The position numbers and the translations under genes are program-made. Positions 58,693 to 64,000 of a stretch of 64,000 nucleotides of DNA are shown here, piece by piece. The stretch's first letter is position 1, and each line of letters opens with the position of its first letter. A model generated the notes under the pieces. It did no database searches. It had not been told where the DNA came from and saw only the letters and a program-made list of their open reading frames with translations. Source of the stretch: Gammaproteobacteria bacterium (GTDB lineage Bacteria > Pseudomonadota > Gammaproteobacteria > Eutrophobiales > Eutrophobiaceae); contig OZ250183.1 of the NCBI GenBank assembly GCA_965238225.1, positions 1,280,001 through 1,344,000 on the forward strand, in the 5' to 3' direction.

Positions 58693-61257
58693 TCAAGTCA
58701 TAAAATCTTCAATAATACCAAATAAAGTAGATTTCTGTATTGGCTTACCAACATGAGTATCAAAACCTGCGACCATACATTTATCAATTTCTTCTTTGAT
58801 GGCATGAGCCGTTAACGCGATAATCGGCGTTGGCGGGCGGCCATTTTCTGCCTCTAGTACACGTATTGCTCTAGTCGCTTCATGCCCATCCATGATGGGC
58901 ATCTGGATATCCATCAAAATAAGATTGTAAGTATTATTACGATAAAGTTCTACGCCAATTTTACCATTCTCTGCTTCATCAATGGTAATGTGGGGAAATT
59001 TTTTGAGATAAGTTCTGACTAACAAACGATTATCTGAATTATCTTCAACTAACAATATTTGTTTTTTCTCAACAGGTATTGCATCTATTTCAGAATCGTT
59101 TTGTTCACTATTATTAACGTATTCCTCTGGCATCTGATATTTATTTGAAAAAATATACAACAAATCAGATTGCTTTATTGGTTTAGTTAAATAACCATCT
59201 AACCCTAATTCATTAATCCTGTTTATTTGCTGATGCAGAGAAACAGGGTTGAGCATCGCGGTAATTACCGGGCCAGAGTCTGATTGACTTGATTTCAGAA
59301 TTTCCTCAATCTCAGAATCTTTACATTGGAACAAAATTTTATGATCCAGAAATACATACTGATATTTATCCACAGATAAGAATTCTTCAGATTCAATACA
59401 TTTTGCGCCATAGGTATGAAGTACATTACAAATCTTGGCTCTATTGTATTTATTGCTATCTAATACAAGGACTGTTTTATCTTCAAGGGGTTTATCCAGA
59501 ATCAAGTCATGCCTCGTTGCTGAATTATTGACAGGTAAATTTACAACAAATAAGAATGTACTCCCCACACCTTCTGCACTTTCTACCCAGATACGACCAT
59601 TCATCATCTCAACTAAAGATTTAGATATCGTTAGACCTAGACCTGTCCCGCCATATTTACGTGTTGTTGAAGAATCAGCCTGTGTAAAGCTGGCAAAAAT
59701 TTCTTGTTGTTTTGCTTCAGGGATACCAACGCCTGTGTCATTTACCGATATCTGCACCTCATCTGCATTCACATTAGACACCATTACAACAATATGACCG
59801 TTTTCTGTGAACTTAATCGCATTGCTAATTAAGTTAAGTACTATTTGTCTAAGTCGTGCTGGATCGCCCATCCGTCTCATATCTAATGTCGATTCAAAAT
59901 TGCTAATTAATTCAGTATGATTTTCTGCTGCCTTAATGGCATAGATTTCAACCGACTCTTCGACAACTTCAAGCAAATCAAATGAGATATTTTCTAATAC
60001 TAACTGTCCTGCTTCAATTTTTGAGAGATCTAATATATCATTTACCAAACTCAATAAGGTATTCCCTGATTTTTTGAAAATTTTGACATATTTTCCCTGG
60101 TCGCCGCTCAATTCTGTATCAGAAAGCAATTCCGCCATACCAATAATAGCCGTAAGAGGCGTTCGTATTTCATGACTCATACTTGCCAAAAAATCTGATT
60201 TCATCAGTGAAGCCTCAAGCGCTTTATCTCTGGCCAAAGCCAATTCTTCGGTCTGTTTTTCCACTTGTGATTCAATCACGACATTGCGTTCACTCAATTC
60301 CTTTTCACGTAAATCTTTCGCCCTGACCAACGACATTAGCAAAAGCGTTATACCCAACCCAATAAAGAGAGCGATATATATCAGTTCCCGATTAATGTCA
60401 GACCAATAAACATTCTTTGCTATGGATAATTTAATAGAATAGGACGCAAATTCAAATTGAATTGATGCGTCATAAATAAAACTGGATATCATAATACCTT
60501 TTCGACTGTTGGTCGGCGAAGCATTATAAATTAATTGTCTACCACTTAGACCGGATGATTCACTATATAAATCAACTTTCAATGTATCAGGAATCCCGGA
60601 GTGCTCAATTAATTTTTCCGGGCTTATCAACAAAGAAAGAATCCCTCGAATTGATTTTTTTGGTTTTCCATCAATTACTGAGGAATAATCTTCATTGAAC
60701 ATCGCTTTGAATAAGACATAATATTTTCCTGACTTCAGATTGACAATAGAAAGAATAGGATCTTCTCCTTCGTTTAAATATAAGGATTTTAGAATAGTCT
60801 CGTAATCATCAATATCTCTTATATCGTAATCTGCAATAGATTTTTGTGCGTCACGAAATCTATGGTATTCATTTTCTAGAGAGGGACTAGAATCTGATTT
60901 ACCCGAAATTTTTGGTAAGGGGTAGTAATGGATACCTTCTATAAATAGTTTTTGATCCAATACCCCTTGAACCATAGGTTGAAATATTTGCTCGCTAAGT
61001 GCATTGTTTTCATCATTGAGCGCCTTATTTGCGTCAATGAACGTTGCAAAGCTATTAATAATGTCGTTACTTACCTGAACATTATGTGCGACGGATTCTC
61101 CTATTTTTGAAGACTCAAAACTAAAACTTCTTTTGTTTTCTTCTAAGGCACTATCCCATGCGATAAAAACTAATGTAACGCCAAGCGTAAGAGCAGAAAA
61201 TAAAGTAACAGAATAGATAAGCAACCTTGATGCTTGTTTGTTCTGATTATCAAGCAT
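58693..61257 (-). CDS. Hybrid sensor histidine kinase / response regulator
   Basis: Two TMs, FLASMSHEIRTPL, NLISNAIKFT, DTGVG and GGTGLGL. A degenerate REC is followed by an intact REC (LMDIQMP). Confidence 0.95.
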   Translation of the reverse strand: MLDNQNKQASRLLIYSVTLFSALTLGVTLVFIAWDSALEENKRSFSFESSKIGESVAHNVQVSNDIINSFATFIDANKALNDENNALSEQIFQPMVQGVLDQKLFIEGIHYYPLPKISGKSDSSPSLENEYHRFRDAQKSIADYDIRDIDDYETILKSLYLNEGEDPILSIVNLKSGKYYVLFKAMFNEDYSSVIDGKPKKSIRGILSLLISPEKLIEHSGIPDTLKVDLYSESSGLSGRQLIYNASPTNSRKGIMISSFIYDASIQFEFASYSIKLSIAKNVYWSDINRELIYIALFIGLGITLLLMSLVRAKDLREKELSERNVVIESQVEKQTEELALARDKALEASLMKSDFLASMSHEIRTPLTAIIGMAELLSDTELSGDQGKYVKIFKKSGNTLLSLVNDILDLSKIEAGQLVLENISFDLLEVVEESVEIYAIKAAENHTELISNFESTLDMRRMGDPARLRQIVLNLISNAIKFTENGHIVVMVSNVNADEVQISVNDTGVGIPEAKQQEIFASFTQADSSTTRKYGGTGLGLTISKSLVEMMNGRIWVESAEGVGSTFLFVVNLPVNNSATRHDLILDKPLEDKTVLVLDSNKYNRAKICNVLHTYGAKCIESEEFLSVDKYQYVFLDHKILFQCKDSEIEEILKSSQSDSGPVITAMLNPVSLHQQINRINELGLDGYLTKPIKQSDLLYIFSNKYQMPEEYVNNSEQNDSEIDAIPVEKKQILLVEDNSDNRLLVRTYLKKFPHITIDEAENGKIGVELYRNNTYNLILMDIQMPIMDGHEATRAIRVLEAENGRPPTPIIALTAHAIKEEIDKCMVAGFDTHVGKPIQKSTLFGIIEDFMT

Positions 61258-61272
61258 CGTATAAACCTAATT

Positions 61273-61578
61273 TTATATATATACAATTTCTATATGAGAA
61301 AGGTAATGCGCTAGCTTTTTTATACTTTCATCAATGACCTCTAGCTTGTCTTCCTTTGCATTTTCTTCAATCTCCGCACCTATTATCCCTATAGCATGAA
61401 ATCCATAACCACCACTGACACCTTTAAGGTTATGTCCAATCAATTTTAGTGTTTCAAAATCTTGTTTTTCCATTGCCTGTTCAAGTTTTTCTATATCTCC
61501 TTGCCTGTTCTCAAGAAACTCATCAACAATATCTTCCAGATCAATATCTACATTAACAACTATTTTCTCATCGCTCAC
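61273..61578 (-). CDS. Hpt domain protein
   Basis: GHNLKGVSGGYG phosphoacceptor motif; co-oriented upstream of the kinase. Confidence 0.9.
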   Translation of the reverse strand: MSDEKIVVNVDIDLEDIVDEFLENRQGDIEKLEQAMEKQDFETLKLIGHNLKGVSGGYGFHAIGIIGAEIEENAKEDKLEVIDESIKKLAHYLSHIEIVYI

Positions 61579-62397
61579 TTTAAAATACCTCCCAAATTAG
61601 ACACTAATTTCTTTGATCTGAATGCCTATTTATCTTGCAAATATAGCACAACCTATGCTTTTTCTGATTGTTTATCTGAGAGAGTATATTCAAGGGAATC
61701 TGTTCCGCCATCATAGAGTTCCTTATATTGTGTCATAAAGAAGTTGTTGGTATTCTGAGTATGGGGATAGAGTGCCGATCCAAAATTTGTAAAATTTTAC
61801 ATTTCAATAATTCTATTTCTGATCGTTCTTTTTTTTCGGAAAAAATTGGATATTTAACTTCAGATACTCATCTGCTTCTCTGGAATTACTTTAACTGAGG
61901 GTCTTTTCCTGTTGATGTGTCGGAATAAACATTGAAACTAATATCTATGAGATTACTCATGCTTCTTAGGACTATGCCACTGTTACTGATTTCGTTTGAA
62001 CGGAAGGGATGGTCATCGGTGCTAGAATATGCCACAAACTTTCATCAAATCTGAAATGTTCTACACACTTTATGACAGACTACCACAGTGGTTTTTTTAC
62101 CATCATAATCTGTGTGACTAAATGGAGGTTCATTATTAACTTTGACTGCAGCCGGGACGGCATCTCTGGAGAAAATTTGACCAAACCTAACTTTAACATA
62201 TACCACAATCATAAATGTATTTACGCAACAAATTCAACTCAGGGTTAGGGACATTAATTGATACTATACCTGCTTGGTGGAGTTCGTTTGCTCGTCTATG
62301 CGACTGAGAAGGTCTGGCATCCATTAAATCTTTTAAAAAAACCCATATTTCACTCCTAATAATTATAATTATATAATAAATACAAAGGTGATGCGTA

Positions 62398-62559
62398 ATG
62401 AAAATGATTCTATTTATGCTAGGGATTGGTTGTTATTTATGGGCAGGTTACTCCATTATTCGTTTTTTATTTATGGTAACTGAGTATGCAGGTTGGCAGT
62501 GGATTATTAGCATTATTATTGAAATATATTTGGGCAATTTCTTTGTCTCAAAATCTTAA
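62398..62559 (+). CDS. Small two-TM protein (53 aa), absent from the ORF track
   Basis: AAAGGTGA RBS, then MKMILFMLGIGCYLWAGYSIIRFLFMVTEYAGWQWIISIIIEIYLGNFFVSKS. Confidence 0.5.
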   Translation: MKMILFMLGIGCYLWAGYSIIRFLFMVTEYAGWQWIISIIIEIYLGNFFVSKS

Positions 62560-62599
62560 AAGTTATAGTTTTCAGCAATCCCCGTCCTGTTCATTGAAA

Positions 62600-64000
62600 C
62601 TATTCCACAGTAACAGACTTTGCTAGATTCCTAGGTTGATCGACATCAGCACCCTTCAAGACTGCAATATGATAGGCAAACAATTGTAATGACACCGTAT
62701 AGACAATTGGAGATATATACTCACCAACTGGAGATATTTTTAATAATTCAGTCTCTTCATCTAAATCAATTTTAGCGCTCGTATCAGTAATAACATATAG
62801 TTTTCCACCGCGGGCTTTAACCTCGTGCAAATTTGATTTGAGTTTTTCCAAAAGAGTGTTATTCGGCGCTACAGCAATAACAGGCATTTCTTCGTCCACC
62901 AATGCCAATGGCCCATGTTTCAATTCACCTGCAGGATATGCTTCTGCATGAATATAAGATATTTCTTTCAGCTTAAGCGCGCCTTCCATTGCTACAGGCA
63001 ACATCGTACCTCTTCCTAGATAAAGCGCATGATTCTTATTGGCAAATTGACTTGCCAAATCTCTAATTTTCTCGTTACATTCAAGCACTGAATTTATTTT
63101 TCCAGGCAAATGCTCAAGTTGTGAAACAATTTCCTTCTCGGTTTCAGTGTTTAACCCATGTCGTCTGGCAATAACTAGAATCAGCAAAAGTAATGAAACC
63201 AATTGTGTTGTAAATGCCTTAGTCGATGCCACGCCAATTTCCATACCTGCCCTTGTCAAAAAAACTAAGTCTGACTCACGCGTCATCGTGCTCTCTGCAA
63301 CATTACATATGCTTAAGGTGCTTAAAAAAGATAATTCCTTTGCCTTCCTCAATGCAGCTAATGTGTCTGCGGTTTCGCCAGACTGTGAGATAGTTATAAA
63401 TAAAGTATTTTTTGGAACGAAAATATCTCTATATCTAAACTCACTGGCAACCTCAACTTGGCAAGGAATATTTGCAATCTCTTCAGCCCAGTATTTTGCG
63501 ACTAGGCTGGCATGATAACTGGTTCCACACGCAACAATATTCATTGACTCAACTTTATCAAAAATATGACTCGCCGCATGACCAAAGCCATCTTCCAATA
63601 CCAAGCCTTGCTCCAATCTTCCTTCAAGGGCATCTGTGATAGCTGTCGGCTGTTCATATATTTCTTTCAACATATAGTGCCTAAAGCCAGCCTTGCCAGT
63701 ATTCTCTGCGGATAATTCTGACAATCTGATCGGGCGTTCAACAACATCACCATTTTTATCATAGATAGTTAAAATATCTCGACTGATATCTGCAACATCA
63801 CCTTCCTCAAGAAAAATAAACTGTTGAGTAACAAACAATAAAGCAAACGCATCTGATGCGATGAAATACTCACCGATCCCAACACCTATTACCAATGGAC
63901 TACCACTTCGTGTGGCAAGAATTCTGTCAGGATCATTTTTATTAATAACACCAAGAGCATAGGCTCCTTTAAGCATCAGCGTTGTTTTCATCACCGCATA
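62600..64000 (-). CDS. glmS: Glutamine-fructose-6-phosphate transaminase, 5' end outside the window
   Basis: ACGTSYH, SQSGETADT, VASTKAF, GELKHGP and DQPRNLAKSVTVE. Confidence 0.98.
   Translation of the reverse strand, partial: YAVMKTTLMLKGAYALGVINKNDPDRILATRSGSPLVIGVGIGEYFIASDAFALLFVTQQFIFLEEGDVADISRDILTIYDKNGDVVERPIRLSELSAENTGKAGFRHYMLKEIYEQPTAITDALEGRLEQGLVLEDGFGHAASHIFDKVESMNIVACGTSYHASLVAKYWAEEIANIPCQVEVASEFRYRDIFVPKNTLFITISQSGETADTLAALRKAKELSFLSTLSICNVAESTMTRESDLVFLTRAGMEIGVASTKAFTTQLVSLLLLILVIARRHGLNTETEKEIVSQLEHLPGKINSVLECNEKIRDLASQFANKNHALYLGRGTMLPVAMEGALKLKEISYIHAEAYPAGELKHGPLALVDEEMPVIAVAPNNTLLEKLKSNLHEVKARGGKLYVITDTSAKIDLDEETELLKISPVGEYISPIVYTVSLQLFAYHIAVLKGADVDQPRNLAKSVTVE

Noticed and set aside
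62540-62600. Tn7 inserted at attTn7
   Set aside because: No TGT...ACA ends, TnsB-site repeats or tns genes are visible downstream of glmS.

Overview
A chromosomal segment of a moderately AT-rich Gammaproteobacterium. The core blocks are conventional: nadC; rlmB; leuA-UDG-rimI-cysM-exonuclease-rlmD; ilvI-ilvH-ilvC-psd-pssA; proS; arsC-wrbA-hda-purM-trmJ-suhB; birA-coaX; cysH-cysB-TauE; TPP riboswitch-thiC; pcm-tolC; a hybrid kinase with Hpt; and glmS. Three things stand out. First, a ~7.7 kb AT-rich DISARM-like module (drmE-like, drmA, drmB) sits between pssA and leuA with no methyltransferase or drmC, and drmA has one frameshift. Second, gene decay is pervasive and mostly invisible in the ORF track. 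Pseudogenes include DUF924, typA (collapsed by an internal deletion), an HATPase-STAS gene, yihY (split by a ~1 kb insert), an RHH gene, a type IV pilin, a sulfurtransferase, a lipase and glnE, and there are recurrent 18-19 bp tandem duplications. This fits early genome reduction, as in a host-associated lineage (inference). Third, several genes are intact but atypical: a Psd homolog lacking its catalytic Ser, two FHA proteins (one vWA-TM-FHA with a non-canonical FHA), and a TonB receptor coupled to an unknown gene. No rRNA, tRNA, CRISPR array, integrase or transposase was recognised. All assignments come from motif recognition by eye, and no database searches were run.
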